From Octopus sinensis (lineage: Eukaryota), in the NCBI RefSeq assembly GCF_006345805.1, contig NC_043003.1:66030001-66094000 (forward strand): a stretch of 64,000 bases of DNA, given 5' to 3'. The notes under the pieces are model-generated. The model was not told the DNA's origin. It did not search any database and worked only from the letters and a program-made list of their open reading frames with translations. Positions 1-11,817 of this stretch are shown here, piece after piece. The translations under genes and the position numbers were made by a program. Numbering within the stretch: position 1 is the first letter of the stretch; each line of letters begins with the position of its first letter.

Positions 1-95
1 CTCATACAGCTGGAATACCTCGCAATTCTAAAATATTAAAATCAAATACTGAAAAATTTCTGATACTATTAAATTATATTTTGCGTCACTCTTTG

Positions 96-168
<73 letters not shown>
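96..168. repeat. (TATC)n microsatellite, left flank of Tx1-like insertion
   Basis: Pure TATC tandem repeat read directly. Confidence 0.98.
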
Positions 169-169
<1 letters not shown>

Positions 170-807
170 AAGCATTCTATAGGGGATTAGTGGAGGGGAG
201 GTACGACGACGAGCTCGGGGCGAACCTGGACGTCGACGAGGAGTACCTGACCCGCCTGTTCAGGACGACTTTCGGGCCAGGGCCCATGGACAACTTCCAG
301 AGATCCCTGGCCTGGCAGTGCTACCGAGAAGCGCTACCCGTTCGGGATAAGCTCTACAGACACGGCTCGAGAAACACGGGGCCGACCTGCCCGAGATGCG
401 GTCAGAGCGACGAAACCGTTCTGCACGCACTCGTGCAATGTCCAACAATTTCCGACCTGTGGGCTTATGTCGAACAACTGCTGTCACGTGTGGGACGAGT
501 CGGTTTATCAGCTGAGTCTATCGTCAATATTGTCACGCCTCCTTCCTTCAAACGGGAAGGAAGAGCTATTTTCATCATCCTTGTGGCTATGGCGAAAGAA
601 TGTATCTGGTGGACGCGTCTGAAAGGATTGGAAACAAACACTTTCCTCTCTGGTCAATCTCTCATCAACTTCTTCAAGTACCACTTGAAAAGGAAAGTGA
701 GAGTAGAGAGGCAAGTTTTGTCTAGCGAATGTTTTAAAAAAAGATGGGTGAACGTAGCAAGGATGGCACGTATGAATGACGAAGCCACCTTGAGCATAAT
801 CCTATGA
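169..807 (+). CDS. Partial ORF2 C-terminus with RT-associated zinc-binding (zf-RVT-like) CCHC domain
   Basis: Frame is open from the junction at 169 (KAFYRGLVEG...) to the stop at 807. Motif LAWQCYREALPVRDKL...CPRCGQSDETVLHALVQC..ISDLW is typical of L1/Tx1 ORF2. Confidence 0.85.
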
Positions 808-1272
808 ACCCAGAAATTGAAAACAGAGGGTTACCCACTTGCAAACAAATGTGGTAACATATAACAATATTGACCAAGGTTACCGTGGTCTTTTTCGTAG
901 GCTTTTCTTCCCACGGATAAACCTTACTTGCTTTCCCCTTTACACCATATATCATAACACTGTGATACACGATCCCTATTGATCGTTCTTTTTTTTTTCC
1001 TCTTCCCCTTTTTTTCCCCTTTATTCTTCTTTTTCATTTCTCTTTCCTTTTGTTCCTTTTCCTTTTCTTTTTTTTTCTTTTTATTCTTTTTATTTTATTC
1101 AATTTTTTTTTGTTTTTGTTCTTTTCTTCCCTTTTACGATCCCTCTCGATCGAAAACCTACGCCACCCCCTTTTTTTTCTTTTGTTTTTTGTTCTCTTCA
1201 TCACCCAAAAGAAAAGCTCTACCTTGTAACTTGTCCCATCTGTGTGCAGCCCCGTGTGGCCAATAAAGAAAC

Positions 1273-1273
<1 letters not shown>
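169..1273 (+). mobile_element. 5'-truncated Tx1/L1-clade non-LTR retrotransposon inserted in (TATC)n
   Basis: ORF2 C-terminus followed by a pyrimidine-rich 3' UTR and AATAAA at 1262-1267; joins (TATC)n directly on both sides. Confidence 0.8.
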
Positions 1274-1448
<175 letters not shown>

Positions 1449-1450
1449 TA

Positions 1451-1846
1451 ATTTGCAAGCCTAGTACTTATTCTATTGGTCTCTTTCGCTGAACCTTTAA
1501 TCGAGCAACTCGACCCCGGGACTTATTCTTTTGTAAGCCCAGTACTTATTCTATCGGTTATTTTTTGCCGAACCGCTAGGTTACGGGGACATAAACACAC
1601 CAGCATCGGTTGTCAAGCAATACTAGGGGGACAAATACAGACACACAAACACACACGCACATATATATATATATACATATATACGACGGGCTTCTTTCAG
1701 TTTCCGTCTACCAAATTCACTCACAATGCTTTGGTCGGCCCGATGCTATAGTAGAAGACACTTGCCCAAGGTGCCACGCAGTAGGACTGAACCCGGAACC
1801 ACGTGGTTGATAAGCAACTACTTACCACACAACCACTCCTGCGCCT
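1451..1846 (-). mobile_element. SINE-A (tRNA-headed, CORE-like) copy
   Basis: Reverse strand reads AGGCGCAGGAGTGGTTGTGTGG...GGTTCAGTCC...ACCTTGGGCAAGTGTCTTC; internal TA/CA tract; partial duplication near the tail. Confidence 0.9.
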
Positions 1847-1917
1847 CTCCTCCTATATATATATATAATATATATATATATTATATATATATATATATAA
1901 TATATATATATATATAT

Positions 1918-1954
<37 letters not shown>

Positions 1955-2478
1955 CGTAGATTGAGAGAGATGATGACACACACACATTCACCCAAAATGT
2001 ATATATGCATGTGTGTGTGTGTCTAAATGCGTGTGATATTTCATATAACAATAAGGTCATCGTCTTGAGATTTGTTTTTCGACAACAATTTACATCAACA
2101 ATGAATTAGACTTGTTTACATTCTATTAAATGTTTTTCTGTGGTCGAAACAAATAAATTTAAAAAACGAATAAAACCACGGGGCATTTCAATGAGCGCAG
2201 CAGAAATGTATTTTCAAAAAACAATATGGAAAAAATGGAATTTTATTTTATTTATTTATTGTTGAGTACTACGTATTTGTTTATAGACTTTATGAAAATT
2301 TCTGCGAAAACTTTTGTTTTAACTGAATAACAGTTTACATTAGTAATTTCGTACAATAATATTTAATAAAAGTTTTTGACGAAGCACTTACTACATTTTT
2401 TCCATCAAAAATAGAAATATTAACTAATACGGTCTGTTTTGGTGAGTATATATATAGGATATTTACATGGAAGTAAGA

Positions 2479-2620
2479 GGAGGCGCATAGCCTAGCGGTT
2501 AGGGTGTTGTGCTCATGGTCGTAAGATTTTGGCTTTGATTTCTCGAGTGGGCGATGTGTGGTGTAGTTCAACCAAATGCTTCTCTTCACGCCGCTGTTGT
2601 CCACTCAGCCAGTAAATAAT
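2479..2620 (+). mobile_element. Diverged SINE-F head and core
   Basis: GGAGGCGCATAGCCTAGCGGTTAGGG A-box region; similar to copies at 19032 and 55982. Confidence 0.6.
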
Positions 2621-2744
2621 AATTTACCACAAAACAAAATGTGGTCCCCCTACGTTATGATCTTCCAACGTAAATTTGTGTTGCACTACATTTTGCCACT
2701 TCGGCCATTTTGTAAACAAGTGATTATGGTTTATTCTTTTATTA

Positions 2745-2938
2745 CTTTATTTGTTTCAGTCATTTGATTGTGGCCATGCTGGAGTACAGCCTTTAGTCGA
2801 ACAAATCGACCCCAAGACCCCTAGCTTGTAAGCCTAGTACCTATTCTATTCTGCTTTTTTGCCGAACCGCTAAGTTACGGGGACGTAAACACTTCAACAT
2901 CGGTGGTCACGTGATGGTGGGAGGACCAACGCATACAC

Positions 2939-2945
<7 letters not shown>
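2745..2945 (-). mobile_element. SINE-A 3' half
   Basis: TTGTTTCAGTCATTTG...GGCCATGCTGG and GCCGAACCGCTAAGTTACGGGGACGTAAAC match other SINE-A copies. Confidence 0.85.
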
Positions 2946-3019
<74 letters not shown>

Positions 3020-3105
3020 ACCCCGTGTGTACCGTTGGCGATTTCTTTTTCCTCTGTCTTCCCTTCTGTGGATCTTTTCTTCTCCTATGTTTATATATAT
3101 ATATA

Positions 3106-3900
3106 CTAGCAAAGATACCCGGCGTTGCTCGTGTTACATGCAATTGAAGAATTAGACTTTTCTGTTACATTTTCTGTAATGAACTGGAGTATATATGTTT
3201 CGAATTTCATCAAAATTGCAGATGAGGTTTATTTCCCTCTTTACACAACCTAAAAAAATTGTAATCGTGCCACATGTATCCCATACTACTGATATTTATG
3301 CGCATATTCCAAAATTCCCGTCTTATTGAATCTGTTAAAAGGATTTGGCTCCTGAAAAATGAAGGTCATGGAGCTCTAAAATGTGAGAGTTAAGGCCAAT
3401 GTTGCGGGGGGGGGGTCTTAATTTCAAGCAGAGAAGTTGAATTGTTGAGAATCTTTTTAACTTGGATCTTATATCTATTGTTTGAATTTCTTTGAAATAG
3501 GAAATATATGTTCCCTGGGTTTGTAAAAGAGAGCAAAGCCACGGGAAACCGAAAGATGAATGATCACAGTAAGCAATTCGTTACCATTCCCAATGTACGA
3601 TTCCTCACCATCCAGGTGACAGGCACAACCGTAAGATGCATTACGAATTTATAGCAATTGGAAGAGCATGACCCAACTGAAATAAGCATTAACAACTGTG
3701 TGACGTGAGAGCTAAGGAGAAATGAAAGTGTCACGTCAGGAGTTTGGAATAAATTTACAATCTATAAATGTCTTTGAAGAACCAGTCACTCATCTGGGAA
3801 GGCCTTGAAATCAATGTTACCATCTGGGGACTATGTGTGACCCAGTGAAAATAAAAAGACTGAAAGGAGGTCTGCAATCAAATAACTTTACGCAACATTT
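3106..3900 (-). mobile_element. Helitron 3' end with probable degenerate Rep/helicase remnants; inner boundary uncertain
   Basis: Minus strand ends ACACGAGCAACGCCGGGT-ATCTTTG-CTAG followed by T (hairpin plus CTAG). Upstream are weak, stop-riddled peptide similarities (HLDGEE; LTF..SMTF..Q). Confidence 0.6.
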
Positions 3901-4112
3901 TGCAATTCCGGTGTATAAAAGATTCTCACTGCTCGCCGATTTATCGATTTCATTTTTTGGCCGTGAATTTGTGTCATCGATCTCAAATGTCCGAAACGGA
4001 AATTTTGTCTGGCCTGTATTTGAACCTAGAACATAAACTCCTTAGATAAACACTACAATATATTCCATCTCACCTGTTAACGATTTTCCGCTCTATCTGT
4101 TTGCTAATTATT

Positions 4113-4318
4113 AGTTTCAAATTTTGGCACAAGGCCAGCAATTTCGGAGAAGTTAATAGATGATAACATCGACTCCAGTACACATATTATTCATCAACCA
4201 CAAGAGGGTAAATGACAAAGTCAACCTTTGTGGATTCTGAACTCAGAACGTTAAGACGGACAAAATGCCGCTATGCGTTTCATGCGGCATGCTAACAATT
4301 TTGCCAGCTTTCTGCCTT
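4113..4318 (-). mobile_element. Older SINE-B copy
   Basis: GGCACAAGGCCAGCAATTT tail; GAACTCAGAACG B-box region; head end GCCAGCT..GCCTT. Confidence 0.75.
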
Positions 4319-4333
4319 GATAAATATAATAAT

Positions 4334-4548
4334 GATTTCAACCTTTGATACAAATTCAGCAATTTTGCAGGAGGAGGTAAATCGATTACATCGACCCCAA
4401 TACTCAACTGGTACTTATTCTATCGACCTCGAACGGGTGAAAAGCAAAGTCGACCTCTGTGGAATTTGAAGTCAGAACGTAAAGATGGACGAAATTCTGC
4501 TACGCATTTTGCCCGGCGCTGCTAACCGTCCTGCTAGCTCGCCGCCTT
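4334..4548 (-). mobile_element. SINE-B copy, head-to-tail with the previous one
   Basis: TCGATTACATCGACCCCA...AAAGTCGACC...GGAATTTGAA...GCTCGCCGCCTT. Confidence 0.85.
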
Positions 4549-4549
4549 C

Positions 4550-4581
4550 ATAACAATAACAACAACAAGAGAAACAACAAC

Positions 4582-4640
<59 letters not shown>

Positions 4641-4675
4641 TGATGATGACAATGATAATAATGATGATGATGATG

Positions 4676-4723
<48 letters not shown>
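4550..4723. repeat. Compound (AAC)/(AAT)/(GAT) microsatellite
   Basis: Direct reading. Confidence 0.95.
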
Positions 4724-4724
<1 letters not shown>

Positions 4725-4741
4725 GTATGTATATATATATG

Positions 4742-4773
<32 letters not shown>

Positions 4774-6179
4774 TAAATATATATATATAAACATACTTGC
4801 ATATACATACTTCTATACCACACTCTCTCTCTCTCTCTATATATATATCTATACATACACACATATATAAATGTATATATTATTTATAAATGCATGTATG
4901 TATATGTGTGTGCGTGGGAGGGTGGGTATGTGTATGTGTGTGTGTTTTCAAGGCTCTTTGTATATCGCTGTTAAAAGTTTGAATTAAAAGCCACGTAATT
5001 TATAGCCCATAAATAATTGGTGAGTGCAACCACCCACGGATCTATATCGCTTCAGATCCATGTCGCTACATGCCGCTGTGCAGCATATTCCTTCCGTTAA
5101 ATCAATTAAATTTACGTCGTTTCTTGAAGGGCACTCGAACTAAGACCCCAAGTGACAATTAATCAATTATAAATCGTATACAAAGATCTGAAAGAAACCT
5201 GCTCTTACTTGTTGACTCACCTTCCAGCATATAAACACAATATATTCATAATAAAATGCTGTTATTGATTTCTTCCCTCAAGGAAAGTCAATTGTAAAGC
5301 TATCTATCTAGTTACAGGCCTCCATCTGTCTCAATAGACAACAATATTTGTCTCCATAGAGGCAACTCAATTCAGTTTTATTTTATTTAGATCCCAAGAA
5401 AATTCAGTTCTCTGCCTTTTAAAGTTATCAGATCAATATCTGTAGCATCAAGATGGCTGCAATATCAAATGTTATCAAACCTCATTGGGACCAGTCTTCA
5501 TTCTTTATATCACGTATATCTTTCATTTTCAACATCATCCTTACCTTCCTACATACATTCACAAAGATACTGAACTGATTTGATCCTTAATTTATTGGAG
5601 TCTTCTTATTTCGCAAATCTTTGAGAAACAGAATAGGATATGATACAATGCAACTTTCATTCATATGTCAAACATTCTGTATATTTAATAACGTATTATG
5701 TTGTCCCAATGTAGCATAAACTTTATACCCTTTTAACAAGATACCTTGGGATTATATTGAAAATAAGGCGACAAAGGGCAAATTTGTTCGAATACCGGAA
5801 GCAATATGTTGCGATATTTGACACCTTCACATTATAGTCTAAGATCAAATCTTGCAGATACCTATTTCGACATTTATCCTTTTAGGATCGATCGAAAACA
5901 AAAGCGTTTATCGAGGGTAGTGTATAGACGAAATTGTTAGGGTCGGAAGAGTATTCTCACTCCATATGATCCGTCTCGATCAGTTACGACATTAAGTCTT
6001 GCGACCTTGCTAGTTCCACACCTCGGAAAGCTTTTCGCTTGAAGATTGTCGTCGGCAGCGGCGTGGTATTATTGAACACAAATATATACACAACCGCTAT
6101 CATTAAAAAAATATATATACTAAATAAATTGTCTTACTTTGGAGAAGCAGAGTAGAATAGATCAAATAGATGCGTTTCG

Positions 6180-6490
6180 TTTGATAATTATGATACATTT
6201 GTTGCTAGATGAAGGGAGTTGTCTGTTCCTGAGTTAAAGTACAAAGTGCTGAGAATTCCACACACACGCGCACAGTTAACGTCTTTCTCAGGTCGAATCA
6301 ACACGACAGAGTTTGTAAAATCGAACGTTTCCAATGAAAAATACGATTTCACTCCCACATTTGATAATGATGACTCGTTTGTTGGCTCAACGGAGTTTTC
6401 TGCTCCTGAGTTAATGTATAATTCACCGAGCATTCCACAGTCATTGCGACTCCTAACGCATTTCTCAGGCTAAATAGACATGATACAGGA
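6180..6490 (+). other. Degenerate 180-bp direct duplication that preserves a reading frame; unknown origin
   Basis: TTTGATAAT at 6180 and 6360. Peptides FDNYDTFVAR*RELSVPELKY..IPHT...LTSFSG versus FDNDDSFVGSTEFSAPELMY..IPQS...LTHFSG. Confidence 0.7.
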
Positions 6491-6615
6491 TGTGATAGGG
6501 ATGTGATAGGGATGGTCATTTTTTTTAATTAGTTACAATCCACTCCACGAAATTCCATAACATTTCCACCTACCCAGTTTCACACACAGGTATGAGACGA
6601 CACGAGGACATAGAA

Positions 6616-6855
6616 CAATGCTTGTCGACGATTTTTATCCATAGATCCTTTTTATTCATATTTTACTCGACTGGAGTCTCATAGACATTCGATGTTCAAA
6701 AATTCCTTTTATACTTTTATAAAATTTTATTCGGAATTGTATTTGAAAAATTCTTAAAATAATTCAAGTATAACAAAATTATTGTATAGAAATCTCAGCA
6801 ACAAAATCTTCGATGGATACCCAATGGTTGTATGGACCCCGATTGAGGACCACTT
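6616..6855. mobile_element. Possible old hAT-type MITE
   Basis: Right end TATGGACCCCGATTGAGGACCACT resembles ...GGTTGAGAACCACTG hAT-MITE termini (from recall); left TIR is badly decayed. Confidence 0.3.
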
Positions 6856-6942
6856 ATTTAGAACGTAGCATTTTCTGAATTGAGACCTCATTGTTATAAG
6901 GTGAACTTTGAACCATTCGGCCTTCTACACAGTCTCTAATGG

Positions 6943-7093
6943 TTTCATATTTTGGCACAATAGCAGCAGATTTAAAGGAATGGGTTACATTGATCCCAGT
7001 GCTTAACTGGCACTAATTGTAACTATCTCGAAAGTATGAAAGTAAAGTTGACCCCGGTAGTGTTTGAACACGGAACGTAAGGAACAAGAATAC
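6943..7093 (-). mobile_element. Old partial SINE-B
   Basis: TTTGGCACAA tail, GATCCCAGTGC..AACTGG, GAAAGTAAAGTTGACC. Confidence 0.6.
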
Positions 7094-7236
7094 ACCCTCT
7101 ATAATGGACACTAAAAGTTATTAGTATTCAAATATAATGGATAAATTTCATATTTACTAAAAAAAAACAAAAAAAAACACCAGAGATCATTAGATGCAAA
7201 TTATTTCGATTCACTGTAAATATAGTTTTGGAAGAG

Positions 7237-7614
7237 TGGAGGCGCAATGGCCCAGTGGTTAGGGCAGCGGACTCGCGGACGTAGGATCGCGGTTTCGATT
7301 CCCAGACCGGGCGCTGTGAGTGTTTATTGAGCGAAAACACCTAAGACTCCACAAGGCTCCGGCAGGGATGGTGGTGATCCCTGCTGTACTCTTTCACCAC
7401 AACTTACTCTTACTTCCTGTTTCTGTTGTACCTGTAATTCAAAGGGCCGGCCTTGTCACTCTCTGTGTCACGCTGAATATCCCCGAGAATTGCGTTAAGG
7501 GTACACGTGTCTGTGGAGTTCTCAGCCACTTACACGTTAATTTCACGAGCAGGCTGTTCCGTTGATCGGATCAACCGGAACCCTCGTCGTCGTAACCGAC
7601 GGAGTGCTTCCATC
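7237..7614 (+). mobile_element. SINE-C, full length with TSD
   Basis: Head TGGCCCAGTGGTTAGGGC...GGTTTCGATTCCC; tail GATCGGATCAACCGGAACCCTCGTCGTCGTAACCGACGGAGTGC; TSD AGTTTT(G/T)GAAGAG at 7224-7236 and 7615-7627. Confidence 0.92.
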
Positions 7615-7674
7615 AGTTTTTGAAGAGCAGTTATTGTTTGTTATGGTATCTTATGTTTTATCCTTATCTCCTAC

Positions 7675-8025
7675 TCGTTTCACTCATTGGACTGCAGCTA
7701 TTGTAGAGTGTCACCTTCAGGAATTTTAATCGTATAAATCGACCTCAGTAGTTTTTGAAGCCTGTTACTTTTAGTATTCTTTTCTTTTGAGGAACCGCTA
7801 AGGAGGGGGGAAAGGCGTAAATGCATTAACACCGGTTGTCAAGCGGTGATGAGAGGCAAACACAGAGACAAAGACACACACACACGACGGGATTTCAGTT
7901 TCTGCCTTCCAAATCCACTCATAAGGCTTTGGTCGGCCCAAGGTTGTAGTAGAAGACATTTGCCTAATGTGCCATACAGTGGGACTGAACCCGAAACAAT
8001 GTAGCTGGGAATCAAACGTTTTATC
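7675..8025 (-). mobile_element. Diverged SINE-A
   Basis: AAGGCTTTGGTCGGCCC, AGTAGAAGACATTTGCC and GGGACTGAACCCG motifs. Confidence 0.75.
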
Positions 8026-8410
8026 TCAGAGAGACGATTAGAAAAAAATATACTGATACTGAAGGAACAAAATATCAAATCTTGAATGATGCCACAAACC
8101 TACTTACAGTAATGGTTCTGCTACAGTCACAGTTATCTCGTTAAATTTAATGGAGGCATCACGATCCACACATTATATTAGTTTTCAGACAACGCTCTGT
8201 GGTTAAGAAGTTGGCTTTGCAACCATATATTTGATGGTCATCCTCACTGCGCGCCGCCTGGGGCATGTTTGTTATGCTAAAGCTCCAGCCCGACTAATGA
8301 GAGAATTTGTTAGACGAGAACGCTGAATTATACATATCCGTGTGTGCGTTGTGTGTGTGTGTGTGTGGTGTGTTTGTCTCCCCAAAACTATCATATACAT
8401 ACTGGTATTC

Positions 8411-8807
8411 TTTTCTACTCTTGGTACAAGGCCCGAAATTTTTTGGGAAGAGTGGAGCCAGTCGATTAGATCGACCCCAGTACGCAACTAGTACTTAATT
8501 TATCGACCTCGAAAGGATGAAAGGCAAAGTCGAACTCAGAACGTAAAGCATTTCATCCGGCGTGCTAACGTTTCTTATTTCTTTATTACCCACAAGGGTT
8601 AAACATAGAGAGGACAAACAAGGACAGACAAAGGGCTTAGGTCGATTACATCGACACCAGTGCGCAAATAGTACTTAATTTATCGAACCCGAAAGGATGA
8701 AAGGCAAAGTCGACCTCGCGGGAATTTGAACTCAGAACGTAACGGCAGACGGAATACTGCTAAGCATATCGCCCGGCGTGCTAACGCTTCTGCCAGCTCG
8801 CCGCCTT
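8411..8807 (-). mobile_element. SINE-B dimer
   Basis: Two TATCGA..CGAAAGGATGAAAGGCAAAGTCGA cores separated by the CCCACAAGGG..AGAGAGGACAAACAAGGAC spacer. Confidence 0.9.
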
Positions 8808-9044
8808 ATTTATTTGCTGGTATTCGTTTCTTTATGTACACGGTGCGGTAAAAAAGCCAGATAATAATCATCCGACTTTGCAAAATAAATACTTTTCGTC
8901 TAATCCGTTCAAGGCGGTGCCACCGCATGGCCACAGTCCAATGACCAAAATAAGCAAAGAAAAAACATAAGCGAAGGCATTCGTCTTAATCACATTTCTG
9001 AGCGTGTTTCTTTCCTCAGCTGAAGTCAGCATTTTAATAGTATT

Positions 9045-9263
9045 GAGGCTGCCATCTAGCAGAACTTTTAGCACGCCAGGAAAAACGGCTTAGGGGCATT
9101 TCATCCGCCTTTTCTTTCTCTGTTCAAATTCCGCCGACATTGATTTTGCCTTTCGTCTTTCCAGGGACGATAACATAAGAACCAGTTGAAAGCTGGCGTC
9201 TATGTAATCAACTTACCATCCCTCCACAAATTTCTGACCTTGTGCTAGATATTTAAAACCAAT
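9045..9263 (+). mobile_element. Diverged SINE-B
   Basis: TTAGCACGCCAGG, GTTCAAATTCCGCCGA, TTTTGCCTTTC, ACCTTGTGC tail. Confidence 0.75.
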
Positions 9264-9287
9264 ATTATAATAGTAGTAATATCCCTA

Positions 9288-9783
9288 AAGGCGGCGAGCT
9301 TCAGAATTGTTGGCACGTCGGCAACTGGGATTAACGACATTTCTACCGACTCTTTACGTTTGGAGTTGAACCTCCATGAAGGCTAACTTTGCTCTTCATC
9401 CATCGGGATTGATAAAATAAAGTGCTTGTTCCCCAAATCCCTGATCTTGTGCATGTTTGCTCCTTCTCAAGCCATGCCTGGCTCATAGGGGCTGGTTTTC
9501 TGGTTTCCTTGGCGTATAGGTTCCCCACCTGGACGGGACACCAGTCCGTCACAGGTGAGCTGCAAGATGCAGGACGAAAGAGAGAGAGAAAGTTGTGGCG
9601 AAAGAGTCAGCAAAAGTTCGCCATTACCTTCTGCCGGAGCCGCATGGGGCTTAGGTGATTTGCTCATAAAAACACATATCGCTCGGTCTGAAATTCGAAC
9701 CCGCGATCCCTCGACCGCGAATCCACTGCTCTAACCACTAGGCCATGTGCCTCCACCTTGTCCATGTTGTAGAAATAATTATC
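9288..9783 (+). mobile_element. Diverged SINE-B with SINE-D nested in its tail
   Basis: AAGGCGGCGAGCT head; tail interrupted at CTTGT(G/C)CATGTT. Confidence 0.75.
9458..9756 (-). mobile_element. SINE-D, full length with TSD
   Basis: Head GTGGAGGCACATGGCCTAGTGGTTAGAGC...GGTTCGAATTTC; GACGGACTGGTGTCCCGTCCAGG box; TSD CTTGT(G/C)CATGTT at 9446-9457 and 9757-9768. Confidence 0.92.
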
Positions 9784-9792
9784 AATGTTTAT

Positions 9793-10110
9793 AAGGGCAG
9801 CGAGCAGGCAAAACCTGTTGAACAAAATACCTGAGGGTATCTATTTTGGCCTATGGCTTCCTGAGTTCAAATTCCGTCGTGTTCAATTTTGTCTTTCATC
9901 GTTTCGGCTTCAATAAAATAAAGTACCAGCTCAGTGGTGGTTTCATAATAATTGATTTTTGAATCTTTACCTTTTGACCGACAGATTAAAAAAATAATGT
10001 TTTTTGTTACAAAAATCTATTTTGTAAATCTGTCGATCAAAAGGTAAAGATCCTCGATTTTTACTCATCCATCAATATTGCTAGCCCTGTGCAAAACCAG
10101 AATGAATTAT
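9793..10110 (+). mobile_element. Old SINE-B interrupted by a small inverted-repeat insert
   Basis: GAGTTCAAATTCCG, TCTTTCATCG..AATAAAATAAAGTACCAG; tail resumes after 10051. Confidence 0.6.
9963..10051. repeat. 89-bp mini inverted-repeat element (25-bp arms)
   Basis: ATCTTTACCTTTTGACCGACAGATT ... AATCTGTCGATCAAAAGGTAAAGAT, one mismatch. Confidence 0.85.
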
Positions 10111-10760
10111 TTATTCTTAGAAATATATTCAAACATGAAATCTGCATCTCAATTTCTTAAATACATACTGCTTGTGTCAAGTCAGTATTTAATTTACGTT
10201 AGTGCTTTGAACCTTGAATATAAGACGCATTAATTAAATGTAAACAGTTCAACAGGAATTTAAAATGAATCCCTTCAAATATATGATTTTTTCTTACTGT
10301 CACGTGATAATCATTTTCGATTGCATTCATATTTAATTAAATTTGATTTCAAATATTTGATGAAAGTCTCAAATTTTTTTCTTCTTTCGAAGAATTTGAG
10401 TAAATATTTCACCAATCAGAGAAGAGAAAAAAATAACTTTGGCATTCGTGATATTAGAATTAAAGTTTTAAGAAATATAACTACCTATCAAATGCAGTTT
10501 TTCGATTACTGCACTTGTGCTAATTACTATTTTCCGGTTAATTAGGCTTTCCTTTAACATTAGAAAAAAATATTGAATTATCTTTGTCTTCGTAAATTTC
10601 AAGCGATTTTTAGATAACGAATTTTCTTTAGTTTTCAAACGAGATAAATCTATTCACCACACACATACGTCATGAAAAATAGGAGAATACCCTTCATATT
10701 TTGCTATTCATATAAAACATTTAGTTGTAGGACATTGATAAATATTTTAATTATGATTAA

Positions 10761-10934
10761 AATATCGGTTTCATGTTATGGCTCAAGACCAGCGTTATCG
10801 GGAGAGTGGTTAAGTCGATTAAACCGACCCCAGTGCTCAATTGGTACTTAATTTGAACTCAGGACCTAATGACAGACAAAATGCTGCTATGCAGTTTGCC
10901 TGGCGTGCTAACGATTCCGCCAGCTCACCACCTG
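10761..10934 (-). mobile_element. SINE-B with internal deletion
   Basis: GTCGATTAAACCGACCCCAGTGC...GGCGTGCTAACGATTCCGCCAGCTC. Confidence 0.75.
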
Positions 10935-10944
10935 AATGACAATG

Positions 10945-11157
10945 AAAATATCGGTTTCAAATTAGGCCAGCAATTTCGGAGAGGGTTTTATTCGATTAGA
11001 CAGATCTCCACGTCCGGCAGGTACTTATTTTATCGGCCCTGAAAATTTGAAATCAAAATCCGCCTCGGCGGAATTTGAACTCAGAACCTGAATGAGGCAG
11101 AAATGCCGTTAAGCATTTTGCCCTGCGGACTAAGGATTCAGCAAGCTCGCCACCTTA
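10945..11157 (-). mobile_element. SINE-B, tandem with the previous copy
   Basis: CCTCGGCGGAATTTGAACTCAGAAC...AGCTCGCCACCTT. Confidence 0.8.
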
Positions 11158-11374
11158 ATTATATTTCAAATATTAACAGTAAGTCACCAGAAATCCTTCC
11201 TATCCAAACGTTAACCTCTCTGTATTGAACAGCTGGATACAGAGCTGGATACAGAGACACCTACGTCAAAGTTCGACCAACTTGGAATTGCAGCACTTTA
11301 TGTCATGTTTTTGACTTGCTCCTTTGGGACTGTCCATTTGGTGTCGCAGAATCGACGCTAACGTATTTGTCATC

Positions 11375-11536
11375 GGCGTATGAGTGCCTGTGTGGTAAAT
11401 AGCTTGCTTACGAACCACATCGTTTCGGGTTCAGTCCAGCTGCGTGGCACATTGGGCAAGTGTCTTCTACTATAGCTCCGGGCCGACCAAAGCCTTGTGA
11501 GTGGATTTGGTAGACGGAAACTGATAGAAGCCCGTC

Positions 11537-11582
<46 letters not shown>

Positions 11583-11817
11583 GTATGTGTGTGTATATGT
11601 TTGTGTGTCTGAGTTTGTCCCCCCAACATCGCTTGACAACTGATGCTGGTGTGTTTACGTCCCCGTAACTTAGCGGTTCGGCAAAAGAGACCGATAGAAT
11701 AAGTACTAGGCATACAAAGAATAAGTTCCGGAGTCGATTTGCTCGACTAAAGGCGGTGCTCCAGCATGGCCACAATCAAATGACTGAAACAACTAAATAA
11801 GTAAAAGAGTAAAAGAG
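11375..11817 (+). mobile_element. SINE-A, full length
   Basis: Head, CORE-like GGGCAAGTGTCTTC, internal (TA)n(TG)n, tail TGACTGAAAC...GTAAAAGAGTAAAAGAG. Confidence 0.93.

Noticed and set aside
5430-5960. Possible LINE RT thumb remnant (RYLGIIL)
   Set aside because: A single short motif among many stops, with no second RT motif found
7237-7315. tRNA genes at SINE heads (also 9680-9756, 42755-42831 and others)
   Set aside because: A and B boxes are present, but the heads run into SINE bodies with TSDs and lack a proper acceptor stem
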